DNA of 64,000 nt. Source: Felis catus. Taxonomy: Eukaryota. Positions 24,510-38,850 of the stretch are shown one piece after another (position 1 is the first letter of the stretch; each line of letters starts with the position of its first letter). A model generated the notes under the pieces. The model was not told the DNA's origin. It ran no database searches and saw nothing but the letters and a program-made list of their open reading frames with translations. The position numbers were made by a program, and so were the translations under genes. The stretch is from the NCBI RefSeq assembly GCF_018350175.1, contig NC_058368.1, forward strand, positions 99,512,001 to 99,576,000. The letters are read 5' to 3'.

Positions 24510-27290
24510 GACTTTTTTTCTTTTTTTAATTTTTAAATTTTATTTAAATCCATATTAGTTAATATATGGTGTAATAATGATTTCAGGAGTAGAATTTAGT
24601 GATTAACCATTTACATTTAACAACCAGTGTTCATCCAAACAAGTGCCCTCCTTAAGGACCATCACCCATTTAGCCCATACCCCCAACCGACACCCCTCCA
24701 GCAACCCCCACTTTGTTCTCTGCATTTAAGAGTCTCTTATGGTTTGCCTCCCTTTCTCTTTTAACTTATTTTTCTTTCCCTTCCCCTATGTTCATCTGTT
24801 TTGTTTCTTAAATTCTACATGAGTGAAATCATATATTTACCTTTCTCTGACTGACTTATTTCACTTAGCATAATACACTCTTCCATCTACATTGTTGGAA
24901 ATGTCAAGATTTCATTCTTTTTGATCACCAAGTAATATTCCATTGTATATATATACCATATCTTCTTTATCCACTCATCCATTGATGGACATTTGGGCTC
25001 TTTCCATACTTTGGCTATGGTTGATAGTGCTGCCATAAACATTGGGTTGCATGTGCACCTACGTATCAGCATTTTTGTGTCCTTTGTATAAATACCTACA
25101 AGTGTAATTGCTGGGTCATAGGGTAGGTCTATTTTTAACTTTTTGAGTAATCCTCATACTGTCTTCCAGAGAGGCTGCACCATTTTGTATTTCACCAACA
25201 GTGCAAAAGTGTTCCACTTTTTCCACATCCTCGCTAACATCTGTTTTTTTTTTTTCCTGAGTTGTTAATTTTAGCCATTCTGACAGGTGTGAAGCAGTAT
25301 CTCATTGTGGTTTTGATTTGTATTTTCCTGATGAGTGATGTTGAGCATTTTCTCATGTGTCTGTTAGCCATCTGGATGTGTTCTTTGGAAAAGTGTCTGT
25401 TCACATCTTCCGCCCATTTCTTCCCTGGGTTATTTGTTTTTTGGGTGTTGGTTTGATAAGATGTTTATAGATTTTAGATACTAACCCTTTATCTGATATG
25501 TCATTTGCAAATATCTTCTTCCATTCCACTGATTGACTTTTAGTTTTGTGGACTGTTTCCTGTGCTGTGCAGAAGCTTTTGATCTTGATGAAGTCCCAAT
25601 AGTTCATGTTTGCTTTTGTTTTCCTTGCCTCTGGACAGTTGTCTAGTACGAAGTTACTGCGGCTGATATCAAAGAAGTTGTATTCTCCTGTAGGATTTTG
25701 ATAATTTAGGTCTTTCATCCATTTTGAATTTATTTTTGTGTATGGTATAAGAAATCAGTCCAGTTTCCTTCTTCTTCATATCACTGTCTGGTTTTCCCAA
25801 CACCATTTACTGAAGAGGCTGTCTTTTTTCCAGTGGATATTCTTTCCTGCTTTGTATTTGTCAAAAATTAGTTGGCCATATGTTTGTGGGTCCATTTCTG
25901 GATTCTCTCTTCTGTTCCATTGATCTATGTATCTGTTTTTGTACCAATACAGTACTGTCTTGACAATTACAGCTTTGTCATGCAACGTTAAGTCCAGAAT
26001 TGTGATGCCTCCGGCTTTGGTTTTGTTTCTTAACATTACTCTAGCTATTTGGGGTCTTTTCTGGTTCCATACAATTTTTTAGCATTGCCTCTTCTAGCTC
26101 TGTGAAGAAGGCTGGGGCTATTTTGATAGGGATTGTATTGAATATGTAGGTTGCTTTGGGTAATATCAACATTTTAACAATATTTGTCCTTCCAATCCAT
26201 GCTCATGGAATGATTTTCCATTTCTTTGTGTCTTCTTCAATTTCTTTCATAAGATTTCTATAATTTTCAGCATGCAGATCTTTTACCTCTTTGGCTAAGT
26301 TTATTCCTAGGTATGTTACGGTTTTGGGTGCAATTGTAAATGGGATCTATTTCTTGATTTCTCTTTCTGCTGCTTCATTATTGGTGTATATAAATGCCAC
26401 AGATGTCTGTATATTAATTTTGTATCTTGTGACTTTATTAAATTCATTTATGAGTTCTGGTAGTTTCCTTAGGAGTGTCTTTAGGGTTTTCTATATATAG
26501 TATCATGCTATCTGCCAATTGTCAAAGTTTTACTTGTGCCTTACCATTATAGATGACTTTTGTTTCTTTTCTTCTTCATATGAATGTTGTGGCTAGGACT
26601 TCCAGTACTATGTTGATAAAAAGTAGAGTGGACATCCTTGTCTTGTTCCTGATATTAGAGGCAAATCTCTCAGTTTTTGACCATTGAGTATAAGGTTAGC
26701 TGTGAGTTTTTTGTATATAGACTTTATTATGTGGCACTGTGTTCCCTCTATACATACTTGCTGAGGGTTTTTTGGTTTTTTTTGTTTGTTTGTTTTTTTG
26801 TTTTTTGTTTTTTGTTTGTTTTTTTAGTATGAATGGTTGTTGTACTTTGTCAAATGCTTTTCTTGTATCCCTTGGAAGAATCATAAGGTTTTTATCCTTT
26901 CTCTTGATGTGATACATCATAGTGATTGATTTGCAAATATTGAATCACCCTTGCATCTCAGGAATAATTTCCACTTGATCATGATGAATGACTTTTTAAT
27001 ATGTATTCTTGTATGTGGTTTGCTAGTATTTTGTTGAGGATTTTTGCATCTACGTTCATCAGAGACATTTGCCTGTGGTTCTTTTTTTTTTAGTCCCTTT
27101 ATCTGGTTTTGGTATCAGGATAATGCTGGCCTCATAGAATGAATCTGGAAGCTTTCCTTCCTCTTCTATTTTTGGAATACTTTCAGAAGAATAGGTATTA
27201 ACTTTTCTTTTAATGGTTGGTAGAATTCACCTGTGATGCCATCTGGTTCTGGAATTTTGTTTGAGGAGGTTTTACTATAGTTTCTTTCTT
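24510..27290 (-). mobile_element. 5'-truncated carnivore L1 (about 2.8 kb)
   Basis: ORF2 motifs [28 protein letters not shown]. Confidence 0.95.
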
Positions 27291-29262
27291 TCTTTTTTTT
27301 TAAAGAGGTTTTAATGAAGGGGCCTTTGACATAGGTGCAAACAGAATTCAGGCAAATCAAAAAAAGATGATGACATATACCTGGTATAGTAGCAACAGCA
27401 AGCAGACTACCACCTCTAGACCTGAAGGGGCAAGTGGAGTGGGTTCTAACATCCAGCAAGACCCATAGCTATTAGGGAGCTGCCATGGTCTAGCAGCACA
27501 GGAGCCAGGGGACAAAATCCAAATTTCCCACCTCTCCCACTTTTAATATCTTAATGGTCTTTAATGAGCTCCTAATGGCAAAACCCAACTGAGAGACATG
27601 GGAACAATAAAACCTGGACTGTAGGGTAGGAAGGAAACAATAGAGGATACACTTAAAGGAGCCACAGGAGAGTATCCTGCTATGTGTGCGGTTTAAGGAA
27701 ATGATACCTTGAAAACTAAGACAGATCTATTAGTCTATAAACATGCAGACTCATTACACTGATAAAGAAGAAATAACATTAGAAGGTAAATAATGCCTAA
27801 TTTTCTAAAAGCTATAGATATTTCTAGAGTTTGTGTAAAATACTACCAACAAAATTTCTCTTAAGCATAGACTCTAAAGTGACTTAAAGCATGTTCTTGT
27901 TTTCTTTTATGGGTCTATAAGTTTGAGTTCTCATAAAACTTAAGGTTGTATTATGAGCAAAGACAAGATCTAGTCCGAACATTTAGCAATAAATACTCAT
28001 AAATAAAAGGCTTTATACGATTTGTATATATATTTTATTTTTGTTAGAAATAGTGTTACAATTTTACATCATGAATGAGAGAACTAGTTTCCAAGAATAT
28101 TAAATTATATAGTTCTTTTACTAATGTATGACCAAAGGAGACAAAATTAGGCTCATTGAGACATCTTGTTAAAAAACAAATATAAAACACAGGCACACAT
28201 TTATACCCTATGGGGCTGAAATTGACGGAGTGAAGAAGGAAAGTGAGAGTCAACACAAAGATGACAGAAATTGGATTTCTCTTGACTATAATAGAGTTTT
28301 CTACCTTCTTCCTTCAATATTGAAATAATTCTAGATTCTGGAACTTTTCATTATATTTTAATTTCAGTTATTTCTGTGTTCTTCCTTTATATTAAAGGAA
28401 AAAACCCAAAAATTATCCATCACTGCCATGTTAATCTTGTTTGTATTTAATTCAACTTAATACAACTTGGAACTTCTCCACCTTTATAATTTAAATGACA
28501 TAAAAACCTTTTGATTTAAAATCTACAATTTTGAATTCCATTCCTCATATTGTCCATGCTTTTTGAGATCTGTGGAAATGATATTACTTTAATTGGATAT
28601 CATGGCTTATCACAATTTTTGTCAACAACAATACAGTGTGACTTGGTCAAACTTTTATTGGGAACTCGATTTCTTTTTCATGTTTTCCCCTAAGTTCCAG
28701 AATAATAAATTGTTATAAATCCCTTGGTCACCTGTGGATTATAATTTTAAGATACCCTAAGGTCACAGTTCCTCCAGACTTTCTCAGCTAGCTTTTGTGA
28801 CAGTACTTTGAATTTCTGCCACTAATATTGTGATCTTAGAAGATTTTAAGAGCTTAAAAACTTAAAAACAGTATTAATATTACAGCATTAAAAAGCATTG
28901 TAATGGACAGATAGAACTTTGAAAAAGACCCCCAATAATGGAACATAGTATACAGAAATGTGTATGGGTTGCCTTACAGGGGCAATTATTGATAATGGGC
29001 TATTATTTTAGATTCTTGTGCCTAAACTAGACTCCAAAGTGAAGATTTTCAGTAAATTATATTAGAATTTAGTGGAAAAAAAAGAAAAAGTGAGATGCTT
29101 GGTTATTTGTATAATGTATTTTCTTATTTTATATAATTTGTTCTAGAATTACTCAAGTTGGAGGAGAAAAATCAATTTTTAGTGCAGGCTGATTAGTCTT
29201 AGGCACCATTGTAAAACAACAGCTAATAATACCATTTAATGGCCGATAAAATATTTACAAAC

Positions 29263-29385
29263 CTACTCCCATTAGAAGATAACTTTAGAGCGATTTTGTG
29301 ACAAGTGCATTGATGCACATCCTCTGTTGATCATGCTCAGTGATGGTGAAGGAAATGACATGCTATAACCATTTCCTGTCTTCTT
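29263..29385 (-). pseudogene. Exon remnant, PKD repeat
   Basis: Polypyrimidine tttcctctttatag acceptor; MCINALV (frameshift) QNRSKVIF*WE matches AxVxxGSxVxFxW. Confidence 0.5.
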
Positions 29386-29403
29386 CTATAAAGAGGAAAC
29401 ACA

Positions 29404-29598
29404 GGGCACCTGGGCAACTCATTCAGTTAAGTGTCCAACTCTTGACTTAGGCTCAGGTCAGGAGCTCCCAGTTTGTGAGTTTGAACCCCACGTCAGGCTC
29501 TGTACTGATGGTGTGGAACCTTTTTGGGATTCTCTCTTTTCTTCTCTCTTTGCCCCTTCCCCACTGGCTCTCTAAAAACAAAATTTTAAAAAAAAGTT
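29404..29598 (+). mobile_element. Can-SINE
   Basis: SINE consensus. Confidence 0.9.
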
Positions 29599-29672
29599 AA
29601 AGACACACATGTCCTACTTCTTCATGTAAAGCAGTATAAATTAAAACCATGCTAAAATGTTTGTTTAGTTAC

Positions 29673-29778
29673 CCATTATAATGTACCAGTGCTTTAGAAT
29701 TAGGGGTATTCAAAACAAGAGTCTGCATTTCATTAATTCTGAGATGTACTTCTTTTTGTTTCTGTAATTGGAGTGAAC
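29673..29778 (-). pseudogene. Exon remnant, PKD repeat junction
   Basis: tgtag|GSLQLQKQKEVHLRINEMQTLVLNTPNSKALVHYNG|gtaact; open frame throughout. Confidence 0.5.
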
Positions 29779-29899
29779 CTACAATGAATATGAACTTGTG
29801 GCAGTCTTGTCTCTTCATGCTTTCTTCCTTGTAATATATGACTAAATATATAGTATGCCATAAAATGAAAGGAAATTTAAAATTAAGGATATACAATAT

Positions 29900-30249
29900 G
29901 TCATTCATAATTCAAGTTGTTGTAAGTGTCAAGAATTAATAATATTTTGTAAGACTCGTTAGTATTCCATTGTATGTATATACCACAATTTCTCTATATA
30001 TTGATCCATCTGTGCACACATTGATTGTTTCCGTATTTAGATTATTATTTTAAAAAATGCTGCAGTGGGAGCGCCTGGGTGGCTCAGTCACTGAAGCATC
30101 AAACTTTTGATCTCAGCTTGGGTCTTCATCTCACAGTTTGTGGGATCAAGCCCAGGGTCTGGCTCTACACTGACAGCATGGAACCTGTTTGAGATTCTCT
30201 CCCTCTTGCTTTGCCCCTCCCCTCTTTAAGCACTGTGTCTCTCCCTCTG

Positions 30250-30302
<53 letters not shown>

Positions 30303-33300
30303 AAATACATAAATAATAAAATAAAATAAAAATAAAATAAAATAAAATAAAATAAAATAAAATAAAATAAAATAAAATAAAATAAAATAAAATACTGCAG
30401 TAAACATGGGTAACTTACCACTTTTCAAATTTGTGTTTTTGTTATCTTTGGATAAATACCTACAAGTGGCATTACTGGATCATATGGCAGTTCTATTTTT
30501 AATTTTGTGAGCAATCTTTGTACTGTTTTCCATAGTAGCCACACCAATTCATATTCCAAGGGTGCACAAGTATTCCCTTTTCTCCATATCTTTGCCAGCA
30601 CTTCTCTCTTGTCTTTTTGTTACTAGCCATTCTAACACTTGTGACGTGACACTTCATTGCATTACTTTAATTTGCATTTTCCTGAAGATCAGTTATGTTA
30701 AGCAGTTTTTTGGGTACCTCTTGGACGTGTGTATGGCCATCTTTGAAGAAACGTTGGCATCTAGTAAGATCCTCTTTCCAATTTTTAGATATTTTTTTTC
30801 ACTACAGAGTTATGTGAGTTCTTTATATATTTTGGATGTTATCCCTGTTGCGTATATATTATTTGCAAATATTATCTCCCATTTGGTAGACTGGATTTTC
30901 ACTTTGTTGATGGTTTACTTTGGTATGCAGAATCCTTTTAGTTTGATGTAGTGTCACTTGTTTTTTGCTTTTGTTATCTTTGCTTTTGGTGCCAAGTCCA
31001 AGAAGTCATCTCCAAGACATGTGAAGGAGCTTAATGCCTTTGTTTTCTTCTAGGAGTTTTATGATTTCAGGTCTGTCATTCATTTTGAGTTCGTTTTTAT
31101 GCATAATGTAAGCTAGTAATCCAGTTTTATTTTTTTGCTTGTGACTTTTCAGGTCTTCAGCACCAAATTGAAGAGACTATGCTTTCCCAAGTATATATTC
31201 ATGGTTAATCTTTGTCATTAACAAATCGACCATTTTGTGTGGGTTTATTTCTGGCCTCTCCATTCTGTTGGATTGATATTTGCATGCCATTTGCATACTT
31301 TTTAGATTTCTATGGCTTTGGAATATATTTTGAAATCTGGGAGGATGATACTTTCATCTTTGCTTTTCTTTCTCAAGGTTGCTTTGGCTCTTTGGGGTCT
31401 TCTGGGGTCCCTACAAATTTTAGGACTTGTTTATTTCCATGAAAAATGTTGTTAGAATTTTCATAGGGATTATTGATTCTATAGATCTATAGATCTTTCC
31501 GTTAATTGTATTTTCTTCAATTTCTTTCATCAGTGTCTTGTAGTTTTCAGTATATAGGTCTGTCACCTCTTAGGTTAAATTTATTCCTAGGTATTGTATA
31601 ATTTTTGATGCAGCTGTTAGTAGGATTGTTAATTTGTTTGACTGTTGTTATTCATGTATAAAAACTAGTTTTTGTATATTGATTTTGTATCCTATTTCTT
31701 GACTGAATTTATGTATGAGTTCTAACAGCTTTTTGATGGAGTCTTCAGGGTTCGCTCTGTAATATTTTATCCTGTCAAATAGTGACAGCTTTACTTTTCC
31801 TTTACAATTTGAATGACTTTCATTCCTTTTTCTACCTAATTGCTTTGGCTGGATTTTCAATACTAAGTTGAAAAAAAGTGATAAGATTGAGCATTCTTGT
31901 CTTGTTCCTGATTATAGAAGATTATGTTAGCTGTGGGTTTGGCCCATGTAACTTATAATGAGCTATGTATGATTCCCTTATATACACTTAGTTGAGAGTT
32001 TTTAATCGTAAATGGATGTTGATGTTTGTCAGATGCTTTTTTCTGGATCTCTTGCGATGATCACATAATATTTATCCTTCATTTTGTTAATGGGGTATAT
32101 CTCATTGATTGATTAACAATGCTGAATCATCCTTGCATCCCTGGAATAAATCTCACTTGATCATGGTGTATGTTCCTTTCAATGATTGTTGAATTCTGTT
32201 TACTAATTTTTGTTGATGATTTTCGCATCTCTATTCATCAAAGATATTTGCCTATAATTTTCTTTTCTTGTGGTTAGCTATCTGTTTTGGTATCAGGGTA
32301 ATGAGAGCTAGATAAAATGAGTTTGTTAATATTCCCTTCCTTTTGTTTTTTTGTAAGAGATTGAAAAATTATTGGTATTAATTCTTTAGTGTTTGGCAGA
32401 CTTCACTATTGAAGCCATCTGGTCCTAGACCTTTGTTTGTTGGGAGATTTTTAATTACTGATTCTGTCTCCTTACTAGGAATTGATCTGTTCAGATTTTC
32501 CATTTCTTGATGATTCAGTCTTGGTACTTGCATATTTCTAGGAATAATTTATCCTTTTCTTCTAGGTTGTCCAATTTTTTGGATGTAATATTTCCTAGTA
32601 ACCTCTTATGATCCTTTATATTTTTGTGCTATCAGTTGTAATGTCTCTTATTATAGTTCTAATTTTATTTATTTCCCACTCTCCTTTTTCTTGGTTAGTC
32701 TGGCTAAAGATTTGTCAATTTTGTGTATCTTTGCAAGTACCAGTTCTTAAATTTATTAATCTTTTCTATTGTCCTTTTAGTTTTTATTTCATTTATTTCT
32801 ACTTTAATCTTTTTATTCCTTTCATTCTCCTAACTTTGGGCTTTGTTTGTTCTTTTTTTAGTTCCTTGAGGTGTAAGGCTGGGTTATCTGAGATTTTTTT
32901 TTCAGGTAGGTATTTACTAATCTGAACTTTCCTCTTAGAACTGCTTTTCTTGTGCCCCATAAACTATGGTATGTTGTTTTTCCCTTTTGATTAATTAATT
33001 AATTAGTCAAGGTATTTTTTTTTAATTTCATCTTTGATTTCTTATTTCACCCATTGGTGATTCAGTAGCATGTGGTTTAAGCTCCATATTTTTGTGAATT
33101 TTGCAGTTTTCTTGTTGTATGTGATTTCTAGTTTCACACTATCCTCTTTAGAAAAGATGCTTTGTATGATTTCAGTCTTCCTAAATTGATTCAGACTTGT
33201 TTTGTGACCTAACATATGATGTATCCTGAAGATGTATCCATCCGAAGCCTTTGGGAAGGATATGTATTCTGTTGCTTTTGGATACAGAAGTGTATATCTG

Positions 33301-35085
33301 TTAAGTCGTTCTGATCTAACACGTCACTCAAGATCAATATTCCATTATCTACCCATTGATGAAAGTCGGGGAGTAAAGTCTCCTACTATTATTTTACTGC
33401 TATTTTATTCTCCCTTTAAGTTTATTCGTATTTAGCTGCTTCTGTTTTAGGTGTATACATATTTATAAGTGTTATATCTTCTGTATGATTGACCCTTTAT
33501 CATTACGTAGTGCCTATTTTTCTCTTTTACTGCATTATTTTTTTTAAGTCTGTTCTGTTATGTGGAACATCTTTTTTCATCCCTTCACTCTCAGTCTGTG
33601 TGTCTCCTTATATCTCACTTGACTCCCTTGCAGACAGTATATAGATGTGTCTTTAGTGACACTAGGTCTTTTGATTGGAGAATGTAGTTCTTTTATAGTT
33701 ACAGTAACGTGTGACGAGTGTGCACTTACTGCAATTTTGTTAACTGTTCTCTGGCTGTTTTGTAGTTCCTTTGTTCATTTTTTTCTCCTCTTGGACTCTT
33801 CCCTTCTGGTTTCATGATTTTCTTTAGTGGTATGTTTATATTAATATGTCTTTCATGTGTCTGCTCTAGGTTTTTGTTTTGTGGTTACCATATGGCATAT
33901 ATATAATAACATATTTATAGCCATCTATTTTAGCTTGGGTAAATTCTAACGCCTTACATATTTACTCTTTTGACTCCCACATTTTATGTTTCTGAGTTAT
34001 ATTTTACGTCATTTTCTTATAAATTCCTAAGATAACTATTGTGGTTAGTTATTTTTTACTACTTTTGTCTTTTTAACCTTCATACTAATTTTGTAAAAGC
34101 TTAATCCACCACCTTTAGTTTATATTTATCTTTATCAGAGAGATTTACACTCATGTCTTTTGTTGTTGTTGTTGTTGTTGTTGTTACTAGTTAGCATGTT
34201 TTAATGTCAGCTTACAAAAGTCCCTTTTAACATTTATTTTAAGGCTCTTTCACAGGTGATGAAATCCATTAGTTTTAGACTGTCTGGAAAACTCTTGGCC
34301 ACTCTTTCAATTCCCAAGGACAGCTTTGCCCTGTATAGCATTTTTGGTGGGATTTTTTTTCTTTGTGCATTGTGACTATATCATGCCAGTGCCTTCTGGC
34401 CTGCAAAGTTTCTGCTGAAAAATCTGCTTATTGTCGTAGTGGGATTGTTTGTACATAACAGGTTGTTTTTCTTTTGCTGCTTTTAAGATCCTGTTCTTTC
34501 ACTTTGGACTTTAAAAGTTATAACACGTCTTATTGTGTGTGTCTATTTGGAAGTCTCTGGACTTACAGGATCTTGATATCTCTTTCCTTTTGCAGGTTAG
34601 GCAATTTTTCATGCATCATTTCTTCAAATACTTTTTTCTATCCCTTTCACTCTCTCTTTTCCTTATGGGACCCCCATAATGTGAATATTGGTCTGCTTGA
34701 TGTTGTCCCATTAGTCTCTTAGCTTTATTCACACTTTTCCTTCTCTACATTTTTGCTGCTCTGATTGAGTGAGTTCTAGTGTCCTTTTTCTGAGTTCACT
34801 GATCACTTCTTCTGCTTTATCTGGTCTGTTCTTAAACCCCTGTAGTGTATTTTTCAGTTCAACTATTGTATTCTTCAGCTCTTTGACTTCAATTTGTACT
34901 TTGTTATAATTTCTGTCTCTTTGTGTCTCTTTGTGTTCATTCTTCTCTTTAGTTCACTGAGCATGTTTATAATAATTATTTTGAGCTCTTAATCAGGTAC
35001 ATCACTAACCTGAGATATTTGCTTTTTTTTCTAAACTTTTCTTTTTATTTTAATTTAGATCTAATTCCTCTCTTTTTTTTCCATT

Positions 35086-35133
<48 letters not shown>

Positions 35134-36275
35134 AACTACCTCCCCCTGTCTTGAAGGAGTGGCTTTGTGTAAGGAGACAAACCATATTGTTCAACCCTGC
35201 CCTAGTTGTTAGTTGTCTCTTCAACCTTTGCAATTGTTCAAGCATCCTCTTTTACTTATAATGACTCCCCAGTCTAAGAGGTCCCTTTCACTGGCACTTG
35301 AAATGGGACCAAAGGGAATCTGAAGATAGAACCTGCTGCCTTAGATCTCTGGAAAGGATTACAGTCACCTTTTAGATGTGTATTTAATTAGAAGTCGGCC
35401 CCTCAGGCCAACACTATGAAGATAACCTAATTAACCTCTTTCATATAAAGCCTAGGCTCTTGAGACTATTGATTCTTTCTGTGTCTAGGGAGTGGTAGTT
35501 ATTGAAGAATCCTTTCTCTGTTAGGTATAGTCCTATGGGACCCCAGGTAATTAGCCCTGAAGGCCACTGGAGCCAGGCAATCTGGTGTCTTTTGGGCGGC
35601 AGCCAGAAAAGTCAGGTTGCTGGAGGTGGTTACAAAGTCTTTTCCAAGAAGTAACATCAAGCTGGAGTCAAAAGATGGCATATACTGTGGAGCAGAGAGA
35701 GTATAAAAATGGTGCCCACCAGCCATCTTCCCTGAAGAGCATCCTAGTAGCCCTCTACATGTGTATTAAGTTACATGCCCAACCCTCAGGCGGACAATTG
35801 AAGGTGAGTAAAGAAGCCTCTTTAACACAAAATCTGGGCGCCTATCAGTTAGTGCTTTTGCACTGGTCTCTGGAGCAGGTGAGTCCAAAAGGATGATTTT
35901 TTGAAAAACTGTTTATCAGTTTGCTATAGGTCCTCAGGATGTCAATTCTCCTGTTTTTCAAGGTTAGATATCTGAGGGTTTGAGGTTCCTGATGTGCTGT
36001 TCAAACCCTTTGTTTCTCAGAGAGAATCTTTAAATTTGGATTTACCTCCTGATCATCACCGTACTGGAGGCATTGAGATTTCGTTTCAGCCTCCATCATC
36101 GGCTTGTTGGATTTTGTTTTGTTTTGTTGTTTGCCTGATAAGTGTAGGTGTTGCTTAGCCAGTTTTTACATTTGTTTCTGAGGAAACTGCTTCATATGTA
36201 GCTGTAGGTTTAGTGTGTCCATAAAAGGAGGTGAGTACCAGATCTTCCTATTCCATCATCTTGAAACAGAACCTT
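29900..36275 (-). mobile_element. Near full-length decayed L1 (5'UTR near 36270)
   Basis: Continuous ORF2/ORF1/5'UTR-like sequence (e.g. KVKLSLF, KLLELIHKFS). Confidence 0.85.
30066..30393 (+). mobile_element. Can-SINE in L1 with (CT)n and (TAAAA)n tail
   Basis: TSD aaaat(g/a)ctgcagt. Confidence 0.95.
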
Positions 36276-36516
36276 GTCTGTTAAGCAAATTTGAGTCTTA
36301 CAGAAAATTGTCTTACTGATCTTGGATTAACTTTTCAATAACAGCATATTAAGAGTTTTTCAATTTGCAGTTCTTTTTGCTTTGATAAAATCTGCTTGGA
36401 AGTGCGTATAGTTAAGTTGCTAAAAGTACTCACCATCTAAAGGCTCCTGTGCCATGTTTTTATATGATTAAAAATAGATGTGTTGGTAAAATATTGATAA
36501 GATCTTTTTGACTCAC

Positions 36517-36743
36517 AAATAGAACTATACCCCCATTGCACACTATTTCACACTCTTACAAAGGTTTCCAGTATCTTTAGGAGACTTCAGTGCAAATAAC
36601 TTTGAGAAGAAAAGCATTTGGAGGATGCTTTTAACCCACACATATTTTTCACTATTGAAATTGATCCTCAACCCGTTGGTAAGTTTTTGAATCAAGATAG
36701 TTCCATAGTTCTGTGGATTAGAACTATTCCTCTCTATTGTCCA
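36517..36743 (-). pseudogene. Exon remnant, PKD repeat junction
   Basis: ttttaag|WTIERNSSNPQNYGTILIQKLTNGLRINFNSEKYVWVKSIL...|gtgagt; matches VxVQExIxGLxI. Confidence 0.55.
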
Positions 36744-36761
36744 CTTAAAAAAATCAGCCTT

Positions 36762-36945
36762 GGGGCACCTGGGCGGTTCAGTGGTTTAAGCATCTGACTT
36801 AGGCTCAGCTCATGATATCATAGTTCGTGGGTTCTAGCCCAGCATAGGTTCTCTGCTGCCATCACAGAGCCTATTTGGGATTCTCTCTCTCCCTCTCTCC
36901 TGCCCCTGCCACCCCCTCCCCAAAATAAATAAAGTTAAGAAAAAA
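36762..36945 (+). mobile_element. Can-SINE
   Basis: SINE consensus; TSD aaaaaatca(g/a)cctt. Confidence 0.95.
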
Positions 36946-37204
36946 ATCAACCTTATCTCAACAGGGAATGAATAAAGATGAAAATCTGAACACCATATCT
37001 TTATTTTTTTTTATGTTTTCTTCAGTCTTTCCCATTAAAACTACAATATGTCTTCCATTTTTTTTAATTAATCTGGTTATGCTTGACCATCTTCAAATCT
37101 AAAATAAAAACACAAAAAATAACTTCAAAAGTAAAATCATGGCATCAGGAAAGAAATCTCAAGGATACTTCACACTTATTTGGAGTTGTTATTTATGCGG
37201 ATAC

Positions 37205-37457
37205 CTTTGCTAGTGCTCCCATCTGATCATTTTCTCCAGATATATGTTGAATTCTAGAGAATTTTGAGAGAGTTTGTATAAAACAAAGGACGTCAAATTT
37301 AGCCCCAAGATTCCTTGTTATAACTGAGGTTTTGGTCTCCCACACCATTTCTATCTAGCCTCTCAACTTTTAGCTGCTTTACAGGCTTCCCGATAATATT
37401 TCATACCAAAATGTTTGAAAAACATATGTATAAGATGAATCTTCTCATTTGAGTCAC
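37205..37457 (-). pseudogene. Exon remnant, nearly a whole PKD repeat
   Basis: cag| ...QTFWYEILSGS... GDQNLSY... LSQNSLEFNIYLEKMI ...|gtatcc, spread over shifted frames. Confidence 0.5.
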
Positions 37458-37716
37458 CTGCCTTTTAAGCTACAAGCAGCAGGAAATGTTACTGCATTCT
37501 TATATAATGAATTTGGGATATATATTTTATCAATAATCAGCATAGATTTTTCCAGTAAATAGTAATGCAGTGAAGTCCACTATATTCTTAATTCCAGATT
37601 AGGTGTGCAAATCTAGTTTCACATTTTTTTTATTTAAAATATATCCATGAAGTAATAACTGAGAACCAAGTATATGATGGGCTATGAAATGTTCTGTATT
37701 AAATGTGGGTAAGACA

Positions 37717-37935
37717 TGGGGCACCTGGGTGGCTCAGTTGGTTGTACCTCTGACTTCGGCTCAGGCAATGATTTAATGGCTCATGAGTTCTAGCCCCACA
37801 TTGGGCTCCGTGCAGAGCCAGCTTCAGATTCTGTGTCTCTGTCTCTCTCTACCCCTCTTCTGCTCACACTCGATTGCTCATTCTCTCTCTCTGTCTCAAA
37901 AATAAATAAATGTTAAATTTTTTTTAAATAAATAA
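37717..37935 (+). mobile_element. Can-SINE
   Basis: SINE consensus. Confidence 0.95.
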
Positions 37936-38003
37936 ATGTAAGATATTCTCTAATATATGGCTTTGTCAATACAGTATTAGTAAAGACAATCTATGTTACT
38001 TAC

Positions 38004-38062
38004 CTGCCTGGCTTTAATCCATGCTCATAGCTAATGTAGGCTCTTCAGAATTCATATAAAAT
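38004..38062 (-). pseudogene. Exon remnant, PKD repeat
   Basis: FYMNSEEPT (frameshift) ISYEHGLKPG|gtaagt; resembles PKD1 TDEPRAEHSYLRPG. Confidence 0.5.
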
Positions 38063-38559
38063 CTTAGGGTAACTCTTACATATGCAGTTGTTTTCTGTTT
38101 TTTTGTTGTTGTTGTTTGTTTGTTTACATACATTAAATACTTTGGATTAATGTCAATTCACTTTTCCTATCTCACTTTCTCCCTGCCTCCTTTTCTTCCT
38201 CCTGTCATTAAACAGATTTATCAGGTGCCTTCTATTTATTGATGTAGGAAATACCTCTAATATTAAAAAATGATAATGTCTAGATATTTTGTCTAAATTT
38301 AAGGCACAAATTGCTTACAATATAGGTGTAGAATGGTTAGCATATACAGACTGAAGCAAAAATAAAATCTTTTTTTTGTGTTTCCTAACTTAATACTTAT
38401 ATGACTTACAATCTAAAAAGTAAGAGGAATAGAAATTCCAGAAATTTTATCTTCAACTAAAAGAAATCATATCATCACCATAGCTACTTTTCATTATAAT
38501 TATCTCTTTATCAGGAATTTACTTAACTGGTTAACATACTTATTCTTATGTAATGTTTG

Positions 38560-38725
38560 TGACAGCCCTGTCAGGTGCATACTATAATACTTATTTTCTC
38601 ATTGGAGAACTGGAAACAAAGATAGTTGAGTATAAGGCTTACAACACATAAATCACTTAGTGACTATTTGAATCCAGGCATTCTGACACCAGTATCTAAG
38701 TTCTTATGGCTGCATTATACTGTTT
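38560..38725 (-). repeat. MIR
   Basis: ggagaactggaaac...atttgaatccaggcattctgacacc. Confidence 0.65.
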
Positions 38726-38850
38726 CATGTTTGAGCTAATATAGAAACTTCTACTTGCTCATTCCTTTAGTCAAGTAACTTTCCATCTGTCCACATTACT
38801 TCTTTGATGCTCTATTGCATAAATGTGTAATGGAAACAGGTTTCACCTAC

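Noticed and set aside
28056..28830. Two weak minus-strand exon candidates (FGHTLVKELYNLIF; ITILVAEIQSTV)
   Set aside because: Their position fits the PKD array, but the motifs are too weak to call by eye.
36580..36678. Plus-strand donor GTTG|gtaagt with THTYFS in one frame
   Set aside because: Isolated; the minus strand gives a longer open frame with a better PKD motif.
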